Shown here: positions 37,996-46,584 of the stretch, piece after piece | How positions within the stretch are numbered: position 1 is the first letter of the stretch | Layout: each line of letters starts with the position of its first letter | Assembly (NCBI GenBank): GCA_964573785.1 | Contig: CAZNKF010000002.1 | Coordinates: 35,142 to 99,141, forward strand | DNA: 64,000 nucleotides | Direction: 5' to 3' | Source of the DNA: an uncultured Candidatus Bathyarchaeia archaeon | Lineage (GTDB): Archaea; Thermoproteota; Bathyarchaeia; Bathyarchaeales; Bathycorpusculaceae | Notes under the pieces: model-generated | Database searches by the model: none | Told to the model about the DNA's origin: nothing | Seen by the model: only the letters and a program-made list of their open reading frames with translations | Made by a program: the position numbers and the translations under genes

Positions 37996-38543
37996 TATAC
38001 CTCACCATGACCAGTTCTTTTCGTTTGTAAGGTTTTTCTTAGAGGTTTCCTTTTAAGCTCTGTGCCGCAGACTTGGCACCTCCTTGACTTATAGTCAGCT
38101 GAATATTTCTTGTGGCATGCTGGACAGTACCTAACCCACCTCAGTGCCGAGCGTATGCCAAAAGTTGCTAGCGGTGCAAACTCGATGCCCAAATGCCGAG
38201 CAACATTCTGCATTGAATAATCGTCTGTAGCCACCAGCAGCGTACAGCCTTGCATTTTCAATTGTAACGCCAAAGCCAAAACTTGTATGTCGGTTTCGGA
38301 AAGCCAAAAAGCATCGCCGACGGCTTTTGCGGCCGTCTTAACTCGGTCGATGAAGGCTTTTGCGGGTGTCTGAATTTTTAGGCGCCCGCTTTCAGTGGCT
38401 GCTTTGAATCTTATGCGGGCTATGGCGCTTCCGGCTACTTCCTCCCTAACCATCGGAACCGTGTACTGCTCTTCACTTATTGAGAATGGGTCAAAACCAG
38501 CTACAAAAGCCGAAGTGTCTAAAACAACAACCTTTTTGCCCAT
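37995..38543 (-). CDS. nob1: Nob1-like endoribonuclease (PIN domain plus zinc ribbon)
   Basis: 182 aa. N-terminal PIN domain (VVVLDTSAFVAG ... LVATDDYSMQNVA) and a C-terminal CPACHKKY...CQVCG ribbon. Confidence 0.75.
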   Translation of the reverse strand: MGKKVVVLDTSAFVAGFDPFSISEEQYTVPMVREEVAGSAIARIRFKAATESGRLKIQTPAKAFIDRVKTAAKAVGDAFWLSETDIQVLALALQLKMQGCTLLVATDDYSMQNVARHLGIEFAPLATFGIRSALRWVRYCPACHKKYSADYKSRRCQVCGTELKRKPLRKTLQTKRTGHGEV

Positions 38544-38551
38544 AGTTTTCG

Positions 38552-39400
38552 TTAGACTTTTCCTCCAAATCCTCGAAAAATAAGCCTACTTCTCAAACGG
38601 TTGTAAAAGTTCTCCCTAAACCTGATGAAGGTTATCTCATTTTTTGAACGCGTAACCATTATTTGCGGATTTTTAGACTCTAAAACATGCTTATACGCAC
38701 CATCAACAACAACCATTATCCGTTTCTGCCTCAACACTGTTATGGTGATTTTTGAGTCACTTGGGAAAACCATTGAGCGTAAAACGCTTAGGGAGCATAT
38801 TGGCGTTAAAACAAAAGCATCCACATGCGGGTCTAGGACTGGCCCTCCAGCCGAAAGCGAATAGCCCGTTGACCCTGTTTGGGTAGCCACCATTAACCCG
38901 TCTGCCTGGCAGTCTAAAACATGCTCGCCGTTTTTTGAAACTCTGGCATATAGTAATTTTACCGGCTCATCCACGGTTATGAGAACCTCGTTTAAAGCGT
39001 CTGGAATTTCTATGTTGTCTGCGGATATGGCGAGTTTTGCGCATCTTTCCGTTATGTAGTCGCCTTTAAGGCACCTTTCAATAGCCGTGTAAGCCTCTTT
39101 TGGTGTGACCTCTGTTAGGAAGCCTCGAACACCCATGTTTATTGCCAAGATTGGGGGTTCAGGTTTTGGAATTGCGACGCATGTCCTTAATATTGTTCCG
39201 TCTCCACCAACCGTTATTATTAGGTCTGTCCTCATCTCTTCTAGTGGGCGGAAATCTCCTCCAACTTTCACTTTTCTCCTCAATGTTTCTTCTATATAGA
39301 CTTCTAAACCCCTTTTCCCTATGTGTGCTGCTAGGTTTTCTGCGAGTTTTATGGCTTTTCGCTTGTCATAGCGGGCTACTATGCCAACACTTTTGAACAT
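38552..39400 (-). CDS. nadK: NAD kinase
   Basis: 282 aa. The GGDGT motif (IITVGGDGTILR), NMGVRGFLTE, and ATQTGSTGYSLSAGGP. Confidence 0.9.
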   Translation of the reverse strand: MFKSVGIVARYDKRKAIKLAENLAAHIGKRGLEVYIEETLRRKVKVGGDFRPLEEMRTDLIITVGGDGTILRTCVAIPKPEPPILAINMGVRGFLTEVTPKEAYTAIERCLKGDYITERCAKLAISADNIEIPDALNEVLITVDEPVKLLYARVSKNGEHVLDCQADGLMVATQTGSTGYSLSAGGPVLDPHVDAFVLTPICSLSVLRSMVFPSDSKITITVLRQKRIMVVVDGAYKHVLESKNPQIMVTRSKNEITFIRFRENFYNRLRSRLIFRGFGGKV

Positions 39401-39492
39401 TTTTCTCCCTTCGACAGCGAAATCTTTAAACTCAACTTATATATGGGTGTTGTTTAAAATTGCTGTGGTGGAACGTTTAAGCTGGTGATGAT

Positions 39493-39882
39493 GTGAGCAA
39501 GCCTGTTGATGTTGGGAGCCTCCGTGAAGGCGGCTACCTCATAGTTGATGGTGAACCATGCCGGATAGTTGAAATAACAAAGTCTAAGCCGGGAAAACAT
39601 GGCTCAGCGAAGGCGCGGATAGTCGCCATAGGCGTCTTCGACGGCGTTAAAAGAAGCATTGTTAAGCCTGTGGATGCAACAGCCGAGGTGCCCATAATTG
39701 AAAAGAGAAGCGGACAGATTTTCGCTGTTACACCCACGAGTGTCCAGATTATGGATTTGGAAACTTATGAGTACTTGGATGCACCATATCCTGAAGAGGA
39801 GCTTAAGGCTAAGCTGGCTCCCGGCGTTGAAATAGAGTATTGGAAGATTCTTGGTAAAGTTAAAATCGTAAGAACAAAATAG
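39493..39882 (+). CDS. eif5a: translation initiation factor 5A (aIF5A)
   Basis: 129 aa, GTG start. TKSKPGKHGSAKARIVA contains the hypusine lysine context. Confidence 0.9.
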   Translation: MSKPVDVGSLREGGYLIVDGEPCRIVEITKSKPGKHGSAKARIVAIGVFDGVKRSIVKPVDATAEVPIIEKRSGQIFAVTPTSVQIMDLETYEYLDAPYPEEELKAKLAPGVEIEYWKILGKVKIVRTK

Positions 39883-39912
39883 CCTCGTCCACCTTACTCT
39901 AGGATTCGCGGA

Positions 39913-40122
39913 TTACCGCCACCATTCCCAGTCAAGCTTTTTAAAACCTATGTATAGGATTAGGAGGATAACGCCCCAGCTTAGGGCTATAGCTGCTGCT
40001 TCCAAAATTACATTTTCGCTTAGGTAGGTGTAGCTTGCCCAGACGCTTAGTCCGCATAAGCCTACAAGAATTAGGATGAACATGGCGAACTGTATTGCCC
40101 TTTCAGCAGTCAAATGGGTCAC
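39913..40122 (-). CDS. small two-TM membrane protein, unknown function
   Basis: 69 aa with two hydrophobic helices (FAMFILILVGLCGLSVWA, AIALSWGVILLILYIGF). Confidence 0.4.
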   Translation of the reverse strand: MTHLTAERAIQFAMFILILVGLCGLSVWASYTYLSENVILEAAAIALSWGVILLILYIGFKKLDWEWWR

Positions 40123-40205
40123 CAGCTAAACCTAAAGTTTTAGCCGCTCTTCGTTTTAAGGTTTTTCATTAAGCTTATTTGGCTGTTTTCGCTTTTTATC
40201 CATTT

Positions 40206-40268
40206 GAAGCCGATGATGCGAGAAGAGCCGTCTGAATTGTGACGACGTCTGAGGAGAGCTGAGGCTTC
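40206..40268 (+). ncRNA. candidate C/D box sRNA (2'-O-methylation guide)
   Basis: The layout is GAAGCC / C box AUGAUGC / 12-nt guide GAGAAGAGCCGU / D' CUGA / AUU / C' GUGACGA / 13-nt guide CGUCUGAGGAGAG / D CUGA / GGCUUC. The terminal 6-bp stem is perfect. An A/T-rich TATA-like element lies at 40169-40180. Confidence 0.55.
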
Positions 40269-40716
40269 ACTCTATTGGAATTTCGTACTCATGCTTTCTT
40301 GGCAGCCGAATTTCCAATATGCCCTTTTTAAACCGAATTTCCATACGGTCCATGTAGACGGGCACCGGAATTCGCGTTTGACAATGGAATCTTTGGAATT
40401 TGCCTCTGTGGTGGGTTATGCCAAAATCGTCAAAGCTTATTTTCCGCTTCATTTTTGCTGAAACTTCGATGGTGTCTTTGCTGATGGGTTTAACTTCTAT
40501 TGTGCTCTGCTCGGCGTAGGGCAAGTCAACAGTCACTATAACTTCGTCGGTTGTCACCATTACGTCTCTGAGAGGTTCCATGGTGCATGTTCTACAGTTC
40601 CAGCTTGGTCTCTCCATTATGGTTTCCCGGACTCCTTCAGCCCAAGCTTCAAGGCTTTCAAAATACTCGTCTATTATGTCAAAGATTGAGCGTCTTCTTC
40701 GGCTGTGCTCCGACAC
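40267..40716 (-). CDS. Hsp20/alpha-crystallin family small heat shock protein
   Basis: 149 aa. The ACD-like core VIVTVDLPYAEQSTIEVKPISKDTIEVSAK ... MEIRFKKGILEIRLPRK. Confidence 0.7.
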   Translation of the reverse strand: MSEHSRRRRSIFDIIDEYFESLEAWAEGVRETIMERPSWNCRTCTMEPLRDVMVTTDEVIVTVDLPYAEQSTIEVKPISKDTIEVSAKMKRKISFDDFGITHHRGKFQRFHCQTRIPVPVYMDRMEIRFKKGILEIRLPRKHEYEIPIE

Positions 40717-40729
40717 TTTAATCAGCCTC

Positions 40730-41476
40730 CTAGGAAATGTATAATGGTATGTCGTACTCCTGTGTCTTCCGCATTTTCGCCAGTTCCTGCTGTGTCCTCT
40801 TCATCATGTCTCTTGCCTTTAGGCGTATCTCCTCGCCCTTTTCCAGTAGCTTCGAAACATCCACCGTAACTCCAGTCAGATTTGCCAGCTGCTCTAATGC
40901 TTTGGCTGCAGCCTCTGGGTCTGGGTAGTTAAAGAAGCACTGTGCCAAAAGTGTCAAGGCTGGCACTCCAAGCGTGGCGCAATATTGGAGCATAACCGCT
41001 TGAGGACCAACCATGTAGCCTTCCCTCAAAACTTCTAAGCCTTTATCTTGAACTATTTTCAGCATTTCAGGGCTTGAGGCGGCTGCGAAAACTTTCAACT
41101 CTTCAAGGTCTTGTCTATCTTGGACCGGTATGCCACTCAGTGAAATCATCATTTTAGCCCCTTTCTCTTTTCCCCAGTCGATTAGCGTGTGCATTATTGG
41201 ATAGATTAGGTCTTCTTGGAGGGCTGTTTCTGAAACTGCCAATAGAATTTGGTGGTTTCCAAAAATCCTTATGGGCGAGTGAGGTAGCCCCTCATGTAGG
41301 ACTATTACTGGGGGTAACAGCCTTGAATCCATGTAGGCGACTTCCTCAAAATCCAGCTCTGAGATCAGGTGGGAAGCCGCTATAACGCCGACGAGTCCCA
41401 CATCTGGAAAGCCGAAAAGCATAACAGCCCCTTTTGGGATTTCCTTCCTTTCAATAATTTTGATGTCTTCGTTCAA
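40730..41476 (-). CDS. proteasome assembly chaperone (PAC2/PbaA-B) family protein
   Basis: 248 aa. GAVMLFGFPDVGLVGVIAASHLI and the overall length match the archaeal PAC2 family. Confidence 0.6.
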   Translation of the reverse strand: MNEDIKIIERKEIPKGAVMLFGFPDVGLVGVIAASHLISELDFEEVAYMDSRLLPPVIVLHEGLPHSPIRIFGNHQILLAVSETALQEDLIYPIMHTLIDWGKEKGAKMMISLSGIPVQDRQDLEELKVFAAASSPEMLKIVQDKGLEVLREGYMVGPQAVMLQYCATLGVPALTLLAQCFFNYPDPEAAAKALEQLANLTGVTVDVSKLLEKGEEIRLKARDMMKRTQQELAKMRKTQEYDIPLYIS

Positions 41477-41554
41477 AATCTAACCCTCTTAAGATGTTCT
41501 GTTGGTGGCTATAAAAAACCTTGCGATAATGTGCCGCACAAAGCTTTAGTGTTA

Positions 41555-43660
41555 TTAAGCTGTAAACTGTTCCACTCTCTCGAGGATTTTCTCTATCCGT
41601 AAGTGAGCCTTCATCTCGATTTGCCACTCTGCCGGAAGCTTACGCTTGAATCTCCCAGCCGCACGCCTATCCATAATGACTATTATGCCCCTATCTTCTG
41701 GACTGCGTAGGAGTCTCCCGGCGGACTGGGCTAAAGCGTTTAGGCAGGGCATGTTATTGGCGTATTCTATTGCTTTAGCCCCAAATTTCTCCCTAAAATA
41801 CTTGTATAGGGCTGCTTGAAGCTCCGTCTTTTTTGGGAAAGGCAGTCCAACTAGAATGACCGCGGAGAGTAGGCTTTTTCCATCCATTGTCATGTCAACG
41901 CCTTCGCTTATTTTTCCTCTTGCCACACCGAAAACAACGCAGTTTCCATTTTCCTGCAGAAACTTTAGGACATCCATGATTTTTGTTCTCTTCTCCTCCA
42001 CCAGCAGTGGTTGTTCCAGCCTGATTATTTGGGCTATTTCCTGCATAACTTCGTATGAGGGGAAGTAAACGGCAACTCTTCCGTCAACTTTTTGAATTAT
42101 TTGGCTGAGGTGGGCTGCTATCCGCTTCCATTGGATTTCGTTGCGTTTCTCAAACTTTGTTGTAACCGCCTCATCCACAAGTATAAGCCTATTCTCTGGT
42201 GGGAAGGGGCTTGGAAGTTCCAGGCTTTGGCAGCGTTTTCTATCAAGACCTAACACGTCTACGTAATAGTCCATGTTCCACAAAGTTCCAGACATGAGTA
42301 TGGTGGAGCGAAGTTCGTTGATTATGCCAGCAGCCAAAGAAGGGTCGAGACATCTGATTCCAAGCCTTGCACGTTTTTTCTGGTCTCTGTCCACTTCAAC
42401 CTTAACGTATCTTACATAACTTGAACCAGTCAAGCGTATCCATGTGGAGAGAAATTCTACGCAACGTGAGAGGTACGATATTGGGCTTTTTCCTATTTCG
42501 CTTCTTTTGACGCGGATTTGCTCGCCCTTGTCAGCAAGTTCTTGAAGTACTTCGCCCAGTTTTTCAATGTTGACTTTAAGTTTCTCGGTTAATGTTCCTG
42601 TCAGTGCTTCTCCATCAATAATGTGTTCAACGTTAACTCCGTAGTTCCTGTAAACCTTTTTCCCAAAATTCACCATAACGCTGTATAAAGCCTCTAAAAA
42701 GCCCAGATCGTCAATTTCAAAGTTTTTAACCTCTTTGTAGGCTCTTCTAACAGACCTTGATGAGAGCTCTTCTGAAAATATGCCGCTTGCATAGTATGGT
42801 AGGCTATGCGCCTCATCAAAGACGCAGTTTATCGCCTTTGTGCGTATTCCAGCCTTTCCCAAAATTGAGCCGCGTATAGCGTCCACCAAAATATAATTGT
42901 AATTGCCTATAACAATGTCTGCATAACGCGTCAGAATCTTTGTAACTTCATATGGACATAGTTCCGCGTCGCGGCAAACCTCATAAGCCTCCTCTGGCAG
43001 TAGGGGCCCAATCTTCTTTATTTTACCCACCAAATTGTAGGCTTGCCAGCTTGGTTTCCACCCGTCATATGTCCTTTCATAGTATTCGCACGTCTTGCCG
43101 AATAATCCTTCCTTTAATCCCTTGCAATAGTAGAGGAAGTCCCTATAGGCAACGTCCTTAAGTTTGGGGTCTTCTAAGGCGTAGGGGCACATCTCCTTCT
43201 TGCTCTTGAATATTGACGCTGCAAAGCTTGCGCCACAGTGGTCTTTTATGCTTTTTAGCTCTCTTGAGTAGATTTCCAGCTGATTTTTCGTTCTAGTTAG
43301 GGCTATAAGCCTCCCAATGGAAGGATTTTGTTCTCTAGCCGCGAAAAAGGCTGTTAAAACTGAGATGGATTTTCCTGTGCCGCATGGAGAGCAGAGCAAA
43401 CCAATTTTTCCTTCCTTGATAGTTTGGTAGGCGAATTTTATGGCTTTAAACTGGAATGGACGAAAATTCTGGTATGGAAAGAACTCCTTAACTAAGCTTT
43501 CGAAGTTTTCTTCACTTTCCGCGGTTTTCTTTTCTACCATTGCTTGGTATGCAGCTGTTCTCATCAGAAGGGTTCCACAGTTTCCACAGAAACGACTCCT
43601 CAAATATTCGCTAGTAGAGTAGGTTTTTCCGCATCGGCGGCAGATGTAAACTGCTTCCAT
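41555..43660 (-). CDS. XPD/Rad3-family Fe-S DNA helicase with N-terminal zinc ribbon
   Basis: 701 aa. CRRCGKT...CGNCG ribbon, Walker A CSPCGTGKS, DEAH box FDEAHSL, and four-Cys Fe-S domain candidates (MCPY, YYCKG, KTCEYY, LCPYE). Confidence 0.8.
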   Translation of the reverse strand: MEAVYICRRCGKTYSTSEYLRSRFCGNCGTLLMRTAAYQAMVEKKTAESEENFESLVKEFFPYQNFRPFQFKAIKFAYQTIKEGKIGLLCSPCGTGKSISVLTAFFAAREQNPSIGRLIALTRTKNQLEIYSRELKSIKDHCGASFAASIFKSKKEMCPYALEDPKLKDVAYRDFLYYCKGLKEGLFGKTCEYYERTYDGWKPSWQAYNLVGKIKKIGPLLPEEAYEVCRDAELCPYEVTKILTRYADIVIGNYNYILVDAIRGSILGKAGIRTKAINCVFDEAHSLPYYASGIFSEELSSRSVRRAYKEVKNFEIDDLGFLEALYSVMVNFGKKVYRNYGVNVEHIIDGEALTGTLTEKLKVNIEKLGEVLQELADKGEQIRVKRSEIGKSPISYLSRCVEFLSTWIRLTGSSYVRYVKVEVDRDQKKRARLGIRCLDPSLAAGIINELRSTILMSGTLWNMDYYVDVLGLDRKRCQSLELPSPFPPENRLILVDEAVTTKFEKRNEIQWKRIAAHLSQIIQKVDGRVAVYFPSYEVMQEIAQIIRLEQPLLVEEKRTKIMDVLKFLQENGNCVVFGVARGKISEGVDMTMDGKSLLSAVILVGLPFPKKTELQAALYKYFREKFGAKAIEYANNMPCLNALAQSAGRLLRSPEDRGIIVIMDRRAAGRFKRKLPAEWQIEMKAHLRIEKILERVEQFTA

Positions 43661-43692
43661 TTTTGAGGTTTCACTAAGTCCACTAATGCCTT

Positions 43693-43733
43693 TTGTGGTA
43701 AAAGAAGTTTGCCCAGTTAAGCCTTTACCACAA
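43693..43733. promoter_or_regulatory. 10-bp perfect inverted repeat in the divergent XPD/XPF intergenic region
   Basis: ttgtggtaaa (43693-43702) and tttaccacaa (43724-43733), separated by a 21-nt spacer. Confidence 0.5.
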
Positions 43734-43784
43734 TGTTAGGTTTAAGTTCTGCACAAGCCACTACTTGATTGAGGCGCATGGGGG

Positions 43785-44450
43785 ATGGCGAACGAGTTTA
43801 AGCCAACAGTTTTCACCGATGTCCGCGAAAGCATGGATGTAAAAGACCATTTGAAGGAACTGGGCTGTGAGGTTGTAGAGAAGGCTTTAGCTCCGGCGGA
43901 CTATGTGGTTGCTGAGGACTATGCTGTTGAAAGAAAAGAGCTTCACGACTTTTTCCGCTCAGTTTTCGACGGCAGACTTTTCGAGCAAGCTGAAAGGCTT
44001 GCAAAAACCTATGAAAACGCCTGCCTCATAGTTGAGGGAGACGTTGTCAACGCCGTAAAATATGTTCGCACTCCGCAGGCTTTCTGGGGAGCACTGTCAA
44101 AGGTTATGGCTGACCATGGCATTTCAGTGGTTTTCACTCCAAACGAAGAGCATACAGCTATGTTTCTCTATGCCTTAGCCAAGAAACTGCAAGAGGAGGA
44201 GAGGCGAAAAATAGCCGTTAAACACAAGCCAAAAACTTACACGCTGAGGCAGAGGCAACTACTCGCGGTGCAAAGCCTACCAAAGATAGGTCCAGAACGG
44301 GCAGAAGAACTTTTAAGACGTTTCGGAAGTGTGAGACGCGTATTCCAAGCTTCAAAGAGGGAGTTGCTATCCGTTAAGGGATTGGGCGAAAAGACTGTTC
44401 AAGCCATAATTGAGGTTTTGGACACAAAATATCCTGGTTTAGAACAGTAG
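43785..44450 (+). CDS. short-form XPF/ERCC4 nuclease with C-terminal (HhH)2 domain
   Basis: 221 aa. The ERK motif in context (DYAVERKELHDF), LIVEGD, and a C-terminal LPKIGPERAEELLRRFGS...GLGEKTVQAI. Confidence 0.8.
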   Translation: MANEFKPTVFTDVRESMDVKDHLKELGCEVVEKALAPADYVVAEDYAVERKELHDFFRSVFDGRLFEQAERLAKTYENACLIVEGDVVNAVKYVRTPQAFWGALSKVMADHGISVVFTPNEEHTAMFLYALAKKLQEEERRKIAVKHKPKTYTLRQRQLLAVQSLPKIGPERAEELLRRFGSVRRVFQASKRELLSVKGLGEKTVQAIIEVLDTKYPGLEQ

Positions 44451-45148
44451 CGGCTATCTACGTTTCTGCTGTTTCCGTAATCGCATAACTCTATTAGTGG
44501 GCACTCCTTACATTTTGGGTTTTGCGCTCTACAAGTGTATTTTGCAAGAAGCCAAAAAAGTCCACATGTTCTCTCATCTCTTAGGAGAAAGCGTTTAACA
44601 GCCTCTTGCACCTCAGCGTATTTGGCGTTTTCCTTTACCAAGCCAAGCCTTTTTGCAATGCGGTCAATGTGAGTGTCTACAACATAAACTTCGCGGTAGC
44701 CATACCTGCTTGAGAGGAGAACATCAGCAGTTTTTTCACCTACTCCAGGGAGTTCCATAAGCCTCTTTTTGGCTTCTTCTTTTGGCAGAGCTAAAACCGC
44801 GTTTAAGTTGCCGTTGAACTTTTCCAGCACAGCCCTTGATATTTCCTTAATCCTCTTCGCCTTAAGGTTGTAAAGTCCACCACGCCGTATAGCCTCCTTA
44901 ATCATGTTTAAATCTGCATTAGCCAAAACCTCCGGTTTAACATCAAACTTTGCGGCTAAGCCCTCGTAAGCCCTAACACAGTTTATTTCGCTTGTGTTCT
45001 GGCTTAAGACCGTAATTATGAGGTTCTTGAAAGGGTCAGAGAAGACATCTTTTGGATATTCTACTGGCCACCAGTACTTGCCGTATTTCTCCTCCAGCAC
45101 AGGGATTAGTTTTGAGTCTAGAACCTTCATTTTCCCACGATATGACAA
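44399..45148 (-). CDS. nth: endonuclease III (HhH-GPD glycosylase with [4Fe-4S] loop)
   Basis: 249 aa. LPGVGEKTADVVL-like LPGVGEKTADVLL, VDTHIDRIAKRLG, and CX6CX2CX5C (CRAQNPKCKECPLIELC). Confidence 0.85.
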   Translation of the reverse strand: MSYRGKMKVLDSKLIPVLEEKYGKYWWPVEYPKDVFSDPFKNLIITVLSQNTSEINCVRAYEGLAAKFDVKPEVLANADLNMIKEAIRRGGLYNLKAKRIKEISRAVLEKFNGNLNAVLALPKEEAKKRLMELPGVGEKTADVLLSSRYGYREVYVVDTHIDRIAKRLGLVKENAKYAEVQEAVKRFLLRDERTCGLFWLLAKYTCRAQNPKCKECPLIELCDYGNSRNVDSRYCSKPGYFVSKTSIMA

Positions 45149-45212
45149 TTTTATTGCGGTGAGTGTTTAAATGTATTTAAGTATGTGAGCGGTCTTAAAT
45201 CTGGAGAACATC

Positions 45213-46547
45213 ATGGCTTTAGAGAGGCTTGGCACTTCGCTTCATGAAGCCTTAAGGAAGCTTTTCAGAGCTGCTGTTGTCGACGAGGCTGCGGTCAAGG
45301 AGCTTGTGAGGGATGTGCAGCGGGCGCTGCTGCAGGCGGACGTGAACGTTCAGCTTGTTTTGGACATTTCTAAACGCATCGAGGAAAGAGCCCTTAAAGA
45401 GAAAGTTCCTCCGGGGATTTCGCGCCGCGAACACGTGATTAAAGTTGTCTATGAGGAGTTGACACGTTTTCTAGGTGAAAAGCCAGTTCTGTTAAAGGTT
45501 GAGCCTGGCAAAAGGAAGGTTTTGATGCTTGTCGGCATTCAAGGCTCTGGGAAGACGACGGCTGCTGCCAAACTTGCAAGATACTTCCAGAAGAGGGGCT
45601 TAAAATCAGCTTTGATATGTGCTGACACTTACCGCCCAGGCGCCCTTGACCAGCTTCAACAACTCGCCAACAGAATAAATGTGCCAATTTACGGCAACCC
45701 GAAAGCCAAAGACCCAGTTAAAATAGCTCTTGAAGGCTTAAAACAGTTCAGCGACAAGGACATTGTCATAGTTGACACGGCTGGACGCCACAAGGAGGAA
45801 CGCGAACTTATCAAGGAGATGAAGATGCTTGAGGAGAAAATCAAGCCAGACGAGGTTATGCTCGTCATCGATGGAACCATTGGTCAGCAAGCCCTTGTTC
45901 AAGCCAAAGCCTTCAACGAAGCAACATCTATAGGCTCCATACTCGTGACAAAGCTTGACGGCTCCGCCAGAGGTGGAGGCGCCCTTTCGGCTGTTGTGGC
46001 TACTAACGCACCAATAAAATTCATAAGCACCGGCGAAAAGGTTGAGGACATCGAACCTTTTGTTCCGTCTCGCTTTGTTGGCAGGCTCCTAGGCATGGGC
46101 GACCTGGAAACCCTCATTGAGAAGGTTCGCGAAGCAGAAATTAAAGTTCCGGAAAAGAAGGCTAAGGCTATTTTAAGCGGTAAGTTCACGCTTACGGACA
46201 TGTATGAACAGTTTGAAGCCATGAAAGGCATGGGGCCCTTCCGCAAACTTTTGAAGATGCTGCCCGGCATGTCCTACAACGTGCCTGAAGAAATGCTCGA
46301 CATGGCTGAGGACAAGCTGGAAAAGTGGCGGGTCATGATTCAATCGATGACTCCGGCGGAGCGGGAGAACCCCAAAATTTTCAATGCTTCAAGGGTTAGG
46401 CGTGTGGCGCGGGGCTCTGGAACAAGCGAAAAAGATGTGAAGGAGCTTTTGAAACAGTATGTTCTTATGCGGAAAATGTTGAAAACCTTGAGGAGGAAGA
46501 AGAGGCTTCCCTTCTTTGGAAAGGGACTACCCGTTGATGTAGGCTAG
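45213..46547 (+). CDS. srp54: signal recognition particle protein SRP54
   Basis: 444 aa. GIQGSGKTTAAAKLA, DTAGRH, TKLDGSARGG, and a Met-rich M domain. Confidence 0.95.
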   Translation: MALERLGTSLHEALRKLFRAAVVDEAAVKELVRDVQRALLQADVNVQLVLDISKRIEERALKEKVPPGISRREHVIKVVYEELTRFLGEKPVLLKVEPGKRKVLMLVGIQGSGKTTAAAKLARYFQKRGLKSALICADTYRPGALDQLQQLANRINVPIYGNPKAKDPVKIALEGLKQFSDKDIVIVDTAGRHKEERELIKEMKMLEEKIKPDEVMLVIDGTIGQQALVQAKAFNEATSIGSILVTKLDGSARGGGALSAVVATNAPIKFISTGEKVEDIEPFVPSRFVGRLLGMGDLETLIEKVREAEIKVPEKKAKAILSGKFTLTDMYEQFEAMKGMGPFRKLLKMLPGMSYNVPEEMLDMAEDKLEKWRVMIQSMTPAERENPKIFNASRVRRVARGSGTSEKDVKELLKQYVLMRKMLKTLRRKKRLPFFGKGLPVDVG

Positions 46548-46584
46548 CTTTCTTGAAAGAAAATGTGCTGAAAAGGAGTCTTTT

